Shown: positions 50,335 through 62,700 of the stretch, piece by piece
Numbering within the stretch: the first letter of the stretch is position 1
How the letters are laid out: each line of letters opens with the position of its first letter
Assembly: GCA_014905635.1 (NCBI GenBank)
Contig: JABVCE010000048.1
Span: 1 to 64,000, forward strand
DNA length: 64,000 nt
Origin: Scenedesmus sp. PABB004
Lineage: Eukaryota
Reading direction: 5' to 3'
The notes under the pieces: model-generated
Told to the model about the DNA's origin: nothing
Database searches by the model: none
The model's input: the letters and a program-made list of their open reading frames with translations, nothing else
Translations under genes and position numbers: made by a program

Positions 50335-50927
50335 GGCCGCCCCTGCCGCTGCGCCGGCGCGGGCCGCCCGAGCAGCGGCCCCGCCTGGCGGGCGGTGGCG
50401 GGCCTGCGGCGGGGCGGGGCGGGTGGTCCCGAGGTGGGCGGGGTCGCGAGCAAGGCTGGCGGGTGCTGGACGCGGCGCCTGGGCGCGGCGCGGCGTTGTG
50501 GGAGGGCGGGATGTGCTGCTGCCGAGCCGGCCTGGCGCGCTGGGCCGTCCGGGGCCGCACCGGTAAAGCCGAGCGGGCGCTCTCGGTGTCGCCGATCGCG
50601 TACACCAGCACACGGCAGCGTCTGCGGTCTCGGCGGACGAGGTGCTGCTCCACGCCTGCGTGTGCTGCTCCCGCGGTGCCGGGTGGACCCGGGCGGAGGA
50701 CTGCGCGGGCGGAGCACTGACCGCCAGCTGCGCGAGGCCCACGGAACGCCTGCGCCGCATGCGCCGTGCGCTGCACCGCAAACCGCGCGCGTCAGCCCCG
50801 ACGGCGGCGCACACGGCGCAGCGGGTCACACTCCCCGGCCAGCGCCCGGCCGCGCACGGCGCACGTTCCGCCAGACCAGCACAGCGCCCAGCTGAGAGCC
50901 GGGCCGGAGCCCGGGGCAGGGGCCGCC

Positions 50928-51872
50928 TCACGCAGCGGCGCGCGCCACGCTGGCGGCGGCGGCGTTGCGGATGGCCTGGGGCAGCGTGCTCATGATGGTG
51001 TCCACGTCCACCAGGCCCTTGAGCACCGTCTCGAGGCGCTCCGTCGCATCGGCCGGCGGCGGCGTGCTGCGCCCGTCCTGCGCGACCGGGCCCTCGTAGA
51101 ACCTGATCATCAGCACCGCGCCCTGGCGGCACGGCGCGGCGCGGCGCGGCGCGGCGGGGCGGGCGCGGGCGGGCGCGGGGCATCAGACCCGCCGCGCGGC
51201 CGCCGCGGCCGGCGCGCGGGGTGCGCGGCGCGCGCCCGGCGCGCCGCACCGCGCCCGGCGCGTCCTCCACGGTCGCGACGATGTCGGCGGCGCTGCCAAA
51301 GCCGCCCGTCTTACCGCGCTTCAGCAGGCTGATCTGTGGCGGTCGGCGCGGCACGCGCGCGGGTCGGCGCGGCGCGCGCGCGGGCGGGCGCCGCCACCAG
51401 GCCGCGCCGCGCGCCGCGCCTGGAAGCCGGGCGGCGCCTTGAGCTTGTCGGCCTGCAGCGGGTTCGCGAACGGGAAGTTGGCACCCGACTGGGTCATCGT
51501 GGCCGCCCACTGGTAGAGGGCCTCGGCAAAGACCTCGGTGTCGGCCGACCTGCGAGCAGGCGTGCGCGGGCGCCTGCTCGGCGGCGCGCGCGCGCTCGGC
51601 CGCGCTCGCGGCGACGAGGCACGTGGCGGCAGCGCTCGCGGCGGCGCCCCGGTTGCCCGCTGCGCTGCGCCTGCGCCAGACACTCACGGGGGCAGCTTGG
51701 CCGTCGCCAGCTGCAGGTGCGGCTCCGTGGTTCGCGCCGCGGCAGCAGCAGCGCCGACCACGCCGCGCCGCCGCGCCGCGGGCGTGGATCGCAGCGCCGC
51801 TGCGCGCAGAGTCGCGCGCGAGAGTGTACTGCACGGAGCGGCGGTCGCGTGAGCGCCACGGGCGGCCAGCAT
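50928..51872 (-). CDS. Uncharacterised, probably plastid-targeted protein
   Basis: Transit-like N-terminus; exons HLQLATAKLP / FAEALYQWAATMTQSGANFPFANPL / ISLLKR / LMIRFYEG..LVDVDTIMSTLPQAIR. Confidence 0.7.
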
Positions 51873-52159
51873 GGCGCTTGAGTGTGCGTGGGTCTGGTGC
51901 TGCTCAGCCGCACGCAGCGGCGCCGTGGGGAGCGGGGTGGCGCTGCTGCGTGGTGACGCTGGAGAGCTGACAGGCGCGCAGGCGGGCGGGGAGGGCGCCG
52001 CCTGGGGCGGGCGGCGGCGGCGCAGGGCGCAGGCCCGGCGGCGTCCGCGGTCGTGCTCGCCAGGCCGTGCCGCCAAGGCCTGAAAACCGCAGACGTGACC
52101 TGCTCACAGCGACGAGTGCACGCGACGTCCCAGCGCGGCCGCCCCGAGCGCGCGGCACG

Positions 52160-52991
52160 ATGGTCAGCGCCGCTGCGCCTGCGCCGGCCTACAGGCGCGG
52201 CGTGCTGGTCGGCAACCACTACGAGGAGGCAGCCAACGCCGCCGCGCCGCCGGGACAGCACATTCTTGGGCTGGGCGGCGGCGCGTTCTGCGGCGAGACC
52301 ACGAGCGCCGCGGCGCACGCCGGCGAGGTGCTCGCGTGCGCGAGGGGCGCGAGTCGGGGAGGGCCCACGGCCGCCGCCGACGCGCCGCGCCGCCGCTGGA
52401 CCGCACAGGGCCGCACGGGCGCCGCGCTGGCGGCGAGCTACGTGCGGGCCGACCTCGCCCGCGCAGGCGCGCGCGCCCCGGGGGCGCTCAAGCTTGCGCA
52501 CGGCGCGCCCGGCGAGCCGGCGCTGGAGGCCTTCGCCACGGTCGCCCAGCTCGCGATGGGGCCGCCGCGCGACGGCGGCGCCGCGCGCGTGCAGCAGCTC
52601 CTCTGGGCGCCGTCGGCGCGGCACAACGCAGGCGTGCCGCGCACGAGCGGCGAGGGCCGGCTGGTGGCGGCGAAGCGCAGCAAGTGGGACGCGGACGCGG
52701 CGGCGACGGCGGGGCAGGGCGCGTACACCACCACTGCCCAGGCGCGGCGACGGGGCTGCGCACGCGGCTGGTGCCCAGGGGGCGTGCCGTCGCAGGGGCC
52801 GGGCGCGACTGCTCGGCTCACGGGCGCCGCGCGCGCGGGCGCAGGCGACGGCCAGCGCAACGCTGCTGGCGGCAACTCAGGCGGCGCGTGGCGCGCCAGA
52901 GGCGCAGGCGGCACCGCGCGGCGGCAGGGGGCGCCACGAGTTTGCGGCCGAGCTGGACAAGACCTACCACGCGATGCAGCTGAGGCGGTGA
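52160..52991 (+). CDS. Possible flagellar microtubule-inner protein (CFAP107/GNW-motif-like)
   Basis: N-terminal YRRGVLVGNHYEE resembles the Y..VL.GNW.EE motif, followed by ETTS and YTTTAQ; one GC-AG intron ~52742-52844 links to ..TYHAMQLRR*. Confidence 0.55.
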
Positions 52992-53453
52992 CGCGCGGCG
53001 CGGTCGCGGGGCCTGGACGTGCGAGCGATGCGAGTCACAGAGACGCCGCCGAGCACTGGACCCTGGACCCTGACACCCCAGGTCGCGAGCTGTGCTTGGC
53101 CGATACCGATACCCCAGGCGCAGCGCCGCTCGCGCGCGGCGGCTCCGCCGGTGTGCGTCGTGCCGGCGATGCGCCAGCCCCCTCCTCCTGCGCTCGCCAC
53201 ACGCGCGTGCAATGCGCACGTCGGCTGGGCTTCGTGAAAACAGCTTTTGATGCAAGTGCGTGCGGAACGATCGGTCACACGGCAAGTTCTCTGAACGGAG
53301 CACGGCACCCAGAGCTGCGCGCCCAGGACTCTGCCAGCCCAGCGCTGACCACCAGCCCCCAAGAAACGACCAGCGCCTGCGCCTGCCAAACAATGCGGCG
53401 GCGGCGGCCAGCCCGGGCTGGCCGCCTGCAGCCCCCGTGCCCCGGCGCCTCGT

Positions 53454-56400
53454 TCACTGCCGCTTGCGCGCGGCGTCGGCGTCGACGGCGCGCGCGGTGC
53501 CGGCCGCCGGTGGCGGTGCGCCGTGGCGCGCGTAGATGTGGCGCGCGCTGACGGCGTTGATGACGTGGCACAGGCAGAGCCCCGCGAGCACCAGGCCGTG
53601 CGTGGCGGGCTTGACAAAGACGGCGGGGCTCAGCGCCACCAGCACCGTCACCACCAGCTGCGGCAGCACCCTGCGGGCGAGCACGTGCGCGCACGCGCGC
53701 GCGGCGGCGTCGGCGGCCCGGCCGCGCAGCGTGGCGGCATCAGCGGCCCCGCCACCGCGCGCGGCACGCACCTGAGCAGGGGGAAGGCCACGCGCTCGGC
53801 CAGCAGCAGCGCGCGCCGCGCGGCGCTGCCGCAGCCGGCCGGGGCGCCGCGCGCCGCCGCCAGCAGGTCCAGCACCTCCCCCGCCGCCGCGGGCACGCTC
53901 GCCGTCTCCGCCACCAGCGCCGCGGCCAGCAGGCACACCTGGCGCGCGGCGGACGGTGCGCGCGCGCGAAGGCCGGGGGTCGGGCCGGGCCCCCGAGGCG
54001 CCCCCCGGGCCGGCGCGCCGGGCAGGCGGGCGGGGCGCGCCGCGCGCGCTGCTGCGCGCCTGGGTGGTCTTGTAGCTGCAGACGCTGTAGACGAGCAGCA
54101 GCAGCGTGTACTGCGCCAGCGCGAGCAGCCCGCGGCGCGGCGCCGCCGCGGCGCCGCGCGCGCGCACGAGGGCCCAGACCCTGAACGCATAGTACCCCGC
54201 CGCGCCGCACGTCATCAGCAGCGCCGCCGACGACGCCCACACGAGCGTGCCCGGGCGCGGCTCGAGCAGCGCCGCCGGCAGCAGGCGTTGCAGCGCCGCG
54301 GGCAGGCCCCCCGGGCCGTCGGGCTGCAGCACGTGGCGCCCGCGCGGGAGCAGCACCCACGGCGCGCGCGCGACGAGCACGAGCGCGCCGCCCGCGGCCG
54401 CGGCGCTGAAGAGCAGCTGCACGAGCGCGTGGCACAGCGCGGCGCGGCCGCGCGGGGGCAGCGCGTTGTAGCGCGCGCTCGCGCCGCGCGCGACCGCGCC
54501 GAGCAGCGCCGCGAGCGCCGCGGCGGCGGCCGAGGTGATGGGCATGACTGCGAGCACCGGCTGGCGCTGCACGATGACGCCGGCGAGGAAGAAGTACAGG
54601 GCCAGCAGCACCTGGTGGCAGGGGGTGGGGCGGCGGCGGGACGGCGCGGGGCGGCGGGCGGGCACGGTGGCGGTCAGCGCGGCCGGCGGGGTGGGCGGCG
54701 GCGGCGGCCGCGGGCGTGCTGCTGCGAGGCGGCGCGCCCCCGCCTGTGACTGCCCCCGCCGCGTCAGCGCGGCGCGCGCCTGCGTGGCCGAGTCGTCGGG
54801 CAGCTCCTGCTTCACCCAGCCCTGCAGCCCGCCGCCGGCCACCTCGGGCGCGCCGGCGGGCAGCGCCGCGTCGGGCACGGGCGCGGCGCCGACGCGCTCG
54901 CCGCCGCCGATGCGCGCGCCGCCGCCGCCGGCCTTGGTCCATGTGACGTGGAAGTCGTGGATGTAGCGCGCGTCAAACGCGGCCTCACAGTAGGCAAAGT
55001 AAAAGTCATACTTAAGCCAGAACGCCTCGCTGTAGCCGAGGCGCAACACGTCGGCGCGGTTGGCGCGCCACGCGCGCCGCCACGCGCGCAGCGTGACCGC
55101 GTAGTCGGGCCCGATGTCGCGCACCGCTGTGACCGCGAGCGCCGTGCCGCGCGCGGCCTCGACCATCGCGCCCATGCTCGGCAGGTGGCCGCCGGGGAAG
55201 ATGTGCTCGCGGATGAAGTCGCTGCTCGCGCAGTAGCTCGCGTAGCGCTCGTCCGGCTGCGCGATCACCTGTCGGGACGCCGGACGGTCGGTCGGCAGAG
55301 GGGGGGGGGGGACCGGCGGTGGCAGGCGACCGCAGCGCGCGCGGCACGCCTCGAGGTGCGCGAGCGCCAGCACGCGCCTGTATGACGGCCTTGCCGCCGG
55401 GCTTGAGCGCGGCGTTGATGGTGCCGAAGTAGCTGACCAGGTGCTCGTGGCCGACCGCCTCGATCATCTCGATCGACACCACCTTGTCGTATCCGCCCAG
55501 CCCGGGGCAGTCCCGGTAGTCGCAGAATAGCAGCGTGACCTTGTCGCCCAGCCCCGCCGCCGACACGCGCGCGGTCGCCTCGGCCAGCTGCTCCTTGCTC
55601 AGCGTCAGGCCGGTCACCCTGGCGGGCGGCGGCGCGCGGCGCGGCGAAATCGGTCGGCGGCGAGGCGCGGCCGAGCGACCGCGCGCGCCGGCGGCGCCAG
55701 CCGTCCGAGCCCTCCCGCCGGCCGTGCGCGCACGCCGCGCGCGCGGCTCGCCGGGCACCACCGCGCCGCGCACCTGCAGCCGATGGTCGAGGCGGCGCGG
55801 ATGGCAAAGCTGCCCCAGCCGCAGCCAATCTCCAGCACGTGGTCCCCAGGCGCCAGCCCCGCGGCCGCGATGACGGCGTCGAGCTTGGCCAGCTGCGCCG
55901 CGCGCAGGTCGCCGCGCTGCTCCGCGGTGTGGATGCCCGCGCTGCGCGGGCGGCGCGCGCGCGGGCGCGGGCGTGGGCCGCCGCCGCCGCCGGCGCGCGC
56001 CCCCGAGGCTGCTCGCACGTCTGGCCGGGGAAGGGCCAGCCGCCGCCGCCTTGCCCTCCCCTCGCGCCGCGTCGCGCGCCCGCCCTGCCGCGGCAGCGGC
56101 AGCCGCGGCAGCCGCCGCGCGCGCGCCTGTAGGTCATCGTGTCGTCCAGGAAGGTCGCATACATCGCGTTGCCGGCGTCATAGTGCTCCTCAATGTTCTT
56201 GCGCGACCCTGACGCGGGCGGGCAGCACGGGCACGGGCACGCGGCGCGTGGCGCGGGTCGGCGCGCGGGCGCGAGAGCGCGGGCGCGAGCGCGAGCGCGA
56301 GCGCGAGCGCGGCGGCGGCGGCCCGCGCGGCGCGGCGCGGCGCGGCCGCGGCCGCGGCCGCGGCCGCACCCTCGCGCGTGTTGGAGCGCCGCGCGTGCGC

Positions 56401-57990
56401 GGCGGCGAGCAGGCGCTCGTTGAGCCACTGCGCGGCGCCGAGGAGGCCCTTCTGGCCCTCCAGGTGCCGCGCGTTGGCGACCATCAGCGCCATGAAGGCC
56501 CCCAGGTCATCCACGCTGTAGTCGCCGTCCATGTACGCCTCGCCCAGGCCGACGTCGGTGCGCGTCACGATCTTGCGGAACGCGGCCATGCGCAGCACGC
56601 GCAGCGTCGCGGCGCGGCGCGGCAGCCCGCGCCACTCCTCGCCTACGGCGGGCGCGGCGGCGGCGGCGGCGCGGCCGCGCGCGTCGGCGCCGGCGGCGGC
56701 GCACGCGGGAGCGCGGGGCGCGCGGCGGCGGCGCCGGCCGCCAGCGGCGGCGGCTGCCATGGGCGCACCCGCGGGCACGGGCGCGGGCACGGTGTGCTCG
56801 GGTCCGCCGTAGTGCCGCTCCTCGCCGTTGGGCAGGATGATGCGCAGCCGCCCGACCGTGATCGCGGCGCGCGCAAACCTGCGCGAGCGACGCGGCCCCT
56901 GCAGGTCAGCCGGCCGGCGCGCGGGCGGCGGCGGCGCGGCTTGCCGGGAGGGGCGAGACGGCCCCTGCGCCGCGGCGCGCAAGCGCGCGCGCCTGTCAAA
57001 GAGGCCCAGCCAGAGCATGTCGCCGAGGCCCATCTTGGGCGACGTGGCCACGCCGGCGCCCCACGGCACGACAGCGCCGAGGCGGCGCGCGACGTCCACG
57101 CCCGCGCGAATGCCGTCCTCGTGAAAGCCATAGCCCGCCCACGCGCCCGCAAAGAACACGCCGCCCGTGCCCTGCACCGACGGCAGCGCCGCCTGCGCCG
57201 CGGTCGACGCAAAGCTGTGGCGGCGCGGGTGCGGTGGTGCGGGCGGGCGTGGGCGCGGCGCGGCGCCGTCGGCGGGGCCGGGCGAGCCGCGCTGCGCGCA
57301 CAGCGCGCGGCGCGCAGCGCGCGCGCGAACGCACCTGTACACGGGGTGCGCGAGCTGCAGGCGGCGGATGGTCTTGCTGGCGGATGGCGGGCGCGGCGGG
57401 TTGAGCGTGACAAACATCTGAGGCGCCTCGGGCGGCAGGTGCTGCAGGCGGTTGAGCCAGTACGTCACCGTCACCGCCGCCTCGCTCGACGCGTCGGCCG
57501 ACGTCTCGCTCGCGCCCTGCGGCCGCGGCCGGGCGCCGCGCGCTGGGGACGGCGCGCTGCGCGGCGCGGCCGCGCCTGGTGCCGCGCCGCGGCCGCGCGC
57601 GCACCAGGAAGTTCCAGGACGCCCAGGCCTTCTTGCAGACGGGCATGAGCGCGGCGTCTGTGTGCAAGTAGATGTCGTTGGTGCTGTAGGGGATGGCGGC
57701 CAGCACGCCCCGCTCCTCGGCCGTCGCGCCGTCGCCGAGCAGCGCGAGGCTCGTGTCGCTGTGCGTGGCGAGCACGACGGCGTCAAAGCTGTGGCGCTCG
57801 CCCGCGCGCGTCGTGAGCAGCACGCCGCCGCCGGCGACGCGCGACACCGACGCGATCGGCGTGGAGGTGCGCACGTCCGGCAGCTCTGCGCCCGCGGCGG
57901 ACGCACGCAGCGCGCGCGGGGTGAGCGGAGCGGCAGGCGCGCGCCCCCAAGAGCCCTGGGACTGCCGCTGCCGCCGGCGCTCCGGTCAGC

Positions 57991-58021
<31 letters not shown>

Positions 58022-59223
58022 GCCAGTGCCCGCACCTGCGAGCACCTTGTCGACGTAGGCCTTGCTGCGCCCCTTGACCACGCGCCAGCAGGGGCGCTGG
58101 AAGAGGTCCAGCAGGTGGTGGTTCACCCAGAAGCGGACGAGCATCGCGACAGGGAAGGACAGCACCTGCGCAGCCAGGCGGCGCGGCAGGGGGGCGCGGC
58201 CGTCGGCCCGCGCACGGTGCGGGCAGGAGAGCAGGGCCGGCCCGTGCCCCGCGCGCTCGCCGCTGCGCGCCGCCGCGGCGCGCACCGTCGCGTTGGGCAC
58301 GCTCCACACCGCCGCGCACATGGGGAGGACGTAGTTGAACTTGAAGGCCTCGCTGTAGCGCTTGCAGGACAGGTACTCGCCCAGGCTCATGCCGCCGTAC
58401 ACGTGCGCCAGCTCGGGGTCCAGCACCTGCACGCCCGGCGGCGGCGGCGTCGCCGGCGCGCGCTGCGCGGTGGGCGCGCGCTGCGTGCCGCACAGGGGCG
58501 CGCGCCGCGCGCCCCGCGCGGCGCACCTGCGGCGCCTCGCGCCCGAAGCGCACGACGTCCGCGACCATGCGCAGGAAGGCGGGGCTCGCGAGGTTGCGGC
58601 GCTGGCAGAAGATGGTGTCGAGGTTGTGGCTCGCCCACTCGAGCCGGCCGCCGTCCATGGAGAGGCTGAACGACATCTCAGACGGCTCCGTGTCGACGCC
58701 GAGCGCGTCCAGGAAGCCCACCAGGTTGGGGTAGGTGGTCAGGTTGTACACCTGCGCGCAGCAGCACGCGCCGCCGCGTCGGCGGGAGGGGCGCGGCCGC
58801 GGCGGCGCGCACGCAGCAGCACGGGGCCGCCGCCTCAGCGGCGCCGGGCGCCGCCCGCGCTGCCGTGCTGCTGCGTGCGCGCGTCCCGGCGCCTGCTGCA
58901 GCTGCCCGCGCGTTGCCGCGGCGCGTGCGCCGCAGGAGCAGCGGCGCGCGCCTGGAAGCCCAGGTCCACAGGCCAGCGCCCGGTGCTGTCGGTGAGCGTG
59001 TGGCCGCCGCACGAGTCCTCCGCCTCAAACAGCGTCACGCTGGCGCCAGAACTGGGCAATCGGGCCGCGTCAAACGCTCAGCGGGCGCCCGCGCGGCGCG
59101 GGGCGGGCGGTCGCGGGCGCGATGGCGCCCCGCGCCGCACCTGTGCGCCAGCCAGGCGCTCGACAGCCCGGTTATCCCGCTCCCCACGACCGCCACGCGC
59201 CGTCCAGCGAGCGGCGGCGCCAT
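53454..59223 (-). CDS. FAD amine-oxidase-like + cyclopropane fatty acid synthase fusion with C-terminal multi-TM domain
   Basis: VAVVGSGITGLSSAW, VDLGFQVYN..TYPN, GAWAGYGFHEDG, GLGEAYMDGD, NIEEHYDAGN, VLEIGCGWGS, SIEMIEAVG, HIFPGGHLPS, YFAYCEAAF, then ~300 hydrophobic residues. Confidence 0.93.
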
Positions 59224-59709
59224 TGCTGGACCGCTGCAAGGAGGTGGGAGCAGCGGAGCGCGGCGGCGGGCGGCGCCGGGCGCTGCCGGCCTGTCCCTCG
59301 CTCTGTCCGGCGAGCAGGTCCCGCCTGCGACTGCTCGACCCGGCGCGCTAGCCGGGATTCGCCGGGCGGCGGCGATTGGCGGCGCGCGGGGTTCCGTTGC
59401 CGGGTGACGCCTTTTTTGGCCGCAGGCGCTCGGAGGGTCGCCGCCGCCCCGCCGCGCCACGCCGCCACACCAAACAATCCACAGGGGGGGGGGGGGTCGT
59501 GTTCCTGCTGCGCGCACGCGCGCGCAGCAGCAATCCTCGCCAGCACGCCCGGTAGGGTTCAGCCAACCATGACCAAGAGGTGTGTGGGGTGCGTTCGAAG
59601 CGGAGCGATTGAGGTTATGGTGCTGCCAAGCTCGCCGCGGTGCCACCGCGCGGGTCCCGGCCAGGCACGGCCCGCGCAACACACACAGCTGCGCGCCGCG
59701 CCGCGCCGC

Positions 59710-62700
59710 TCAGAAGCAGTACCGCAGCATGTACAGGCTGGCCACGCCCACGGTGGCGAGCGTGACGGGCACGCCGACGCGCATCCAGCCAAGGAAGGTG
59801 ACGTGGTGGCCAGACTTGTCCAGGACTGCCAGGGGGGCACGGCACGGGGGCGGAGCGGCGGGCGGGCGGGGGCGGGCGGGAGGGCGCGGATGAGGCAGGG
59901 AGGGGAGGGGCAGGGAGGGCGGCGGCCCGAGGGCGCCACGGCGTGGCGCGGCGCGGCGCCGCCGCTCGACGCAGCCGAGGGGGAAAGGGGGGCTCCCAAC
60001 CAGCGCTCACTCGTGGCGGTCACGATATTAGCCGACGCGCCTATGATGCACATGTTCTGTGTGTGTGGCAGGAGGCAGGGGGGGGGGGGGGCAGCGGCGC
60101 AGGCGGGGGCGCGTGGGCAGGCAAGCTGGTCGACCGACAGCCAGCGCCGCGGCGCCGCGCGCGGGCGAGAGCCGGCGCCGCCTGGGGCCCCCTCCCGCCT
60201 GCGCACCCCGCCAAAGCAGGCGCCAAAGGCGAGCGCCCACGCCAGCGTCTGCGCCGCCGCGCGGGGCGGGGTGGCGGCGGGCGCGGTCGGCCCACGCCGC
60301 GGCCGGCGCGCCGCGGAGCAGCACGCCCAGCGCGCCCAGCGCGCAGCGCGGCGCGCGCCTTGATGTCAAGGCCCAGCCCCGCCGCAGCGAGGGCATCGAT
60401 GACGGGGACCATCTGGAGGAGGGCAGGGCGGGAGGGGGAGGGAGGTGGGCGGCCGGGCCGGCGGCGCCGCGCCGCGCCGCGCCCTGCCGCGCCCTCCCAC
60501 CCCGCGCCGCCGTCCCGCCGCCCGCCCGCGCGCCGCCCTGCCGCCCCCCCGCGCGCCGTGAGGGTGAAGGGTATGTTGTCGAGGAATCCCGACACAAAGG
60601 CAGACACCCAGAGCAGCAGCTGCACCGCGACGAGCGTGCGCCGGCCGGGCGGCGCGGCGCGGATGATCGCCTCCAGCCAGCCGGCGATCATATCGATCAT
60701 GCCTTGGGGGCGGCGGCGGCGCGGGGGGGGGGGGGTGCAGCGAGAGAGGCGCGTTGCCGCATGTGGGGGCTTGATGATGATGATGGCTCGGGCGTTGGGG
60801 CCCGCACGGGCCGCCACGTTGGGGGCGTGCCGACGCGCGCGCCGCCGGCTGCGCGCTGCGCCCGCGCCCGCGCCCGCGCGGCGCGCACCGATCTCTGCCG
60901 CCGACTCGACCATGACGAACAGCGCGGCGAAGAAGAGCAGCATGTCCCACTCCACGCTCTGCAGGGGGGGGGGGAGCGGCCGAGCCTCATGGGCTCGGCC
61001 GGCGACGGGCCGGGCGAGGCGCACGCAGCCCTCCCTCCCTCCCTCCCTCCCTCCCTTCCCCCTCCGTCCCCTGAGCCCTAAACCCTAGACCCTGGCTCAC
61101 GTGCATGATGTCCTCCACCTCCAGGCGTGACGTTATGACGCACAACAGCACCGCGCCGAGGATGGCGACCCACGCGGGGTCGAGGTGGTGCAGCGGGTGC
61201 AGCAGGAACGCGACCAGCACCACGCCCGTCACGTAGCCTGCGGCCGCGGCCGTGGCGGCAAGCCGTCCGCGGCGGCCGCGTCGGCGGCCGTGCGAGCGGG
61301 CGCCCGCTGCGGCACGCGCAGCGCGCGCAGCACAGCGCGCGCAGCGCAGCGCGCGCACCGCTCTTGGCCATGAGGTCCCAGTCGGTGACCTCGTACGCTG
61401 CCACGACCTGCCGCACCTTGCCGTACTCGGGGATCGGCCCCAGCAGCGCGTGCCGATACAGCAGCAGCACCACCGCCACCGCGGGCACGCTCGCCGCGAG
61501 CACGCCGGGCGCGAGGGAGATGAGGAAGTCTTCAAACCCAAGGTAACGCTGGGGAGGCGCGGCGCGCGGCGCGCGGCGGGCCGTGGTGAGCCGCCGGCGC
61601 AGGCGTGCCGGGCGCGCGCGGCCGCGCGTGGCGCGTGGCGCGCGGCGCGCGGCGCGCGGCGCGCGGCGCACCTGCAGGGCCGTGCCGATGATGATGTTGG
61701 GCGGGTCGCCCACCTGGCGCGAGGGAGGGAGGGGAGGGCGAGGGGCGGGGTTGAGCGCGGGGCGCCCGCCGAGGGGGCGGCGGGGCCCGCCGAGCGCGAG
61801 CGGCCCGCGGCGGCAGAGAGCTCGCGCTGCGCGCTGCACCATGGTCGCCGTGCCGCCAATGTTGGACATGAGCACCTGCGGGGGCGGGGCGGCAGAGGAG
61901 CGGGGGGGGGGGGGTGGCGGCGGGCTCGGCGCTGCGGGCGGCGCGGGCACGGGCGCGGCGCGCCGACGGCGTCACGGCCCTGGCCGGCGCGGGGTGCGGG
62001 CGCGCGGGCGCGCCTGCGCCATGAGCAGCGGGCGCGGGTCGCTGTTGCACGTCTTCATCATGCTGTGATGCAGGGAGGGCAGCAGCAGAGGGGAGCACGG
62101 CGGCTGTGGCGGCGCCAGGCGGGGCACGGCGGCGGCGCCAGGCGAGGCGCGGCGGCGGCTGCGCGTGGCAAGGGGTCCCTGCCGCCCACCTGATGGCGAT
62201 GGGACCCATGAGCAGCATGGTGGTCACGTTGTCCAGCCACGCAGACACAAACGCTGCGGCGGCGGCGGGGCGGCGGCCGGGCCGCGTCGGGGCGCGGCGC
62301 GCCCGCCGCCCGCTCGGGCCGAGGGCCCGCCCGCCGGCCGTCTATCTGGCCCGCGCTGATTGGGCACGTGGGCGGGCCCACGCCGCGCGCAGGCTGTGGC
62401 CGCGTGGCCGGGGCCGGCTGGGTCGCGCCACCTGTCGTGTACATCATCAGCACGCTCAGCAGCCACATCTTGCCCCGGCTCGCGCGCAGCGTCCACTTGC
62501 AGAGCACCTCAAACAGGCCCGTGTCCTTCAGCTTTCCAACCAGGATCATCTGCGCCACAGCGGCGGCGGGGGCGCGGCGAGCTGTCACGCGCGCGCGGCA
62601 CGCACAGCCCCCCCCCCCCCCCCACGCGCTCGACCTTGCCCGCACGCCCTCACTCCGGCCCACGCGCGCACAGCACCCCCGCGCTGCTCACCATGCCAAA

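Noticed and set aside
37301..59223. Lipid gene cluster (MECR, LBP/BPI, CFA synthase)
   Set aside because: Interspersed with unrelated genes and predicted for different compartments; no evidence of co-regulation.
61076..61094. Telomere-like CCCTAAACCCTAGACCCT in an intron
   Set aside because: Only ~2.5 imperfect units; at most a telo-box.
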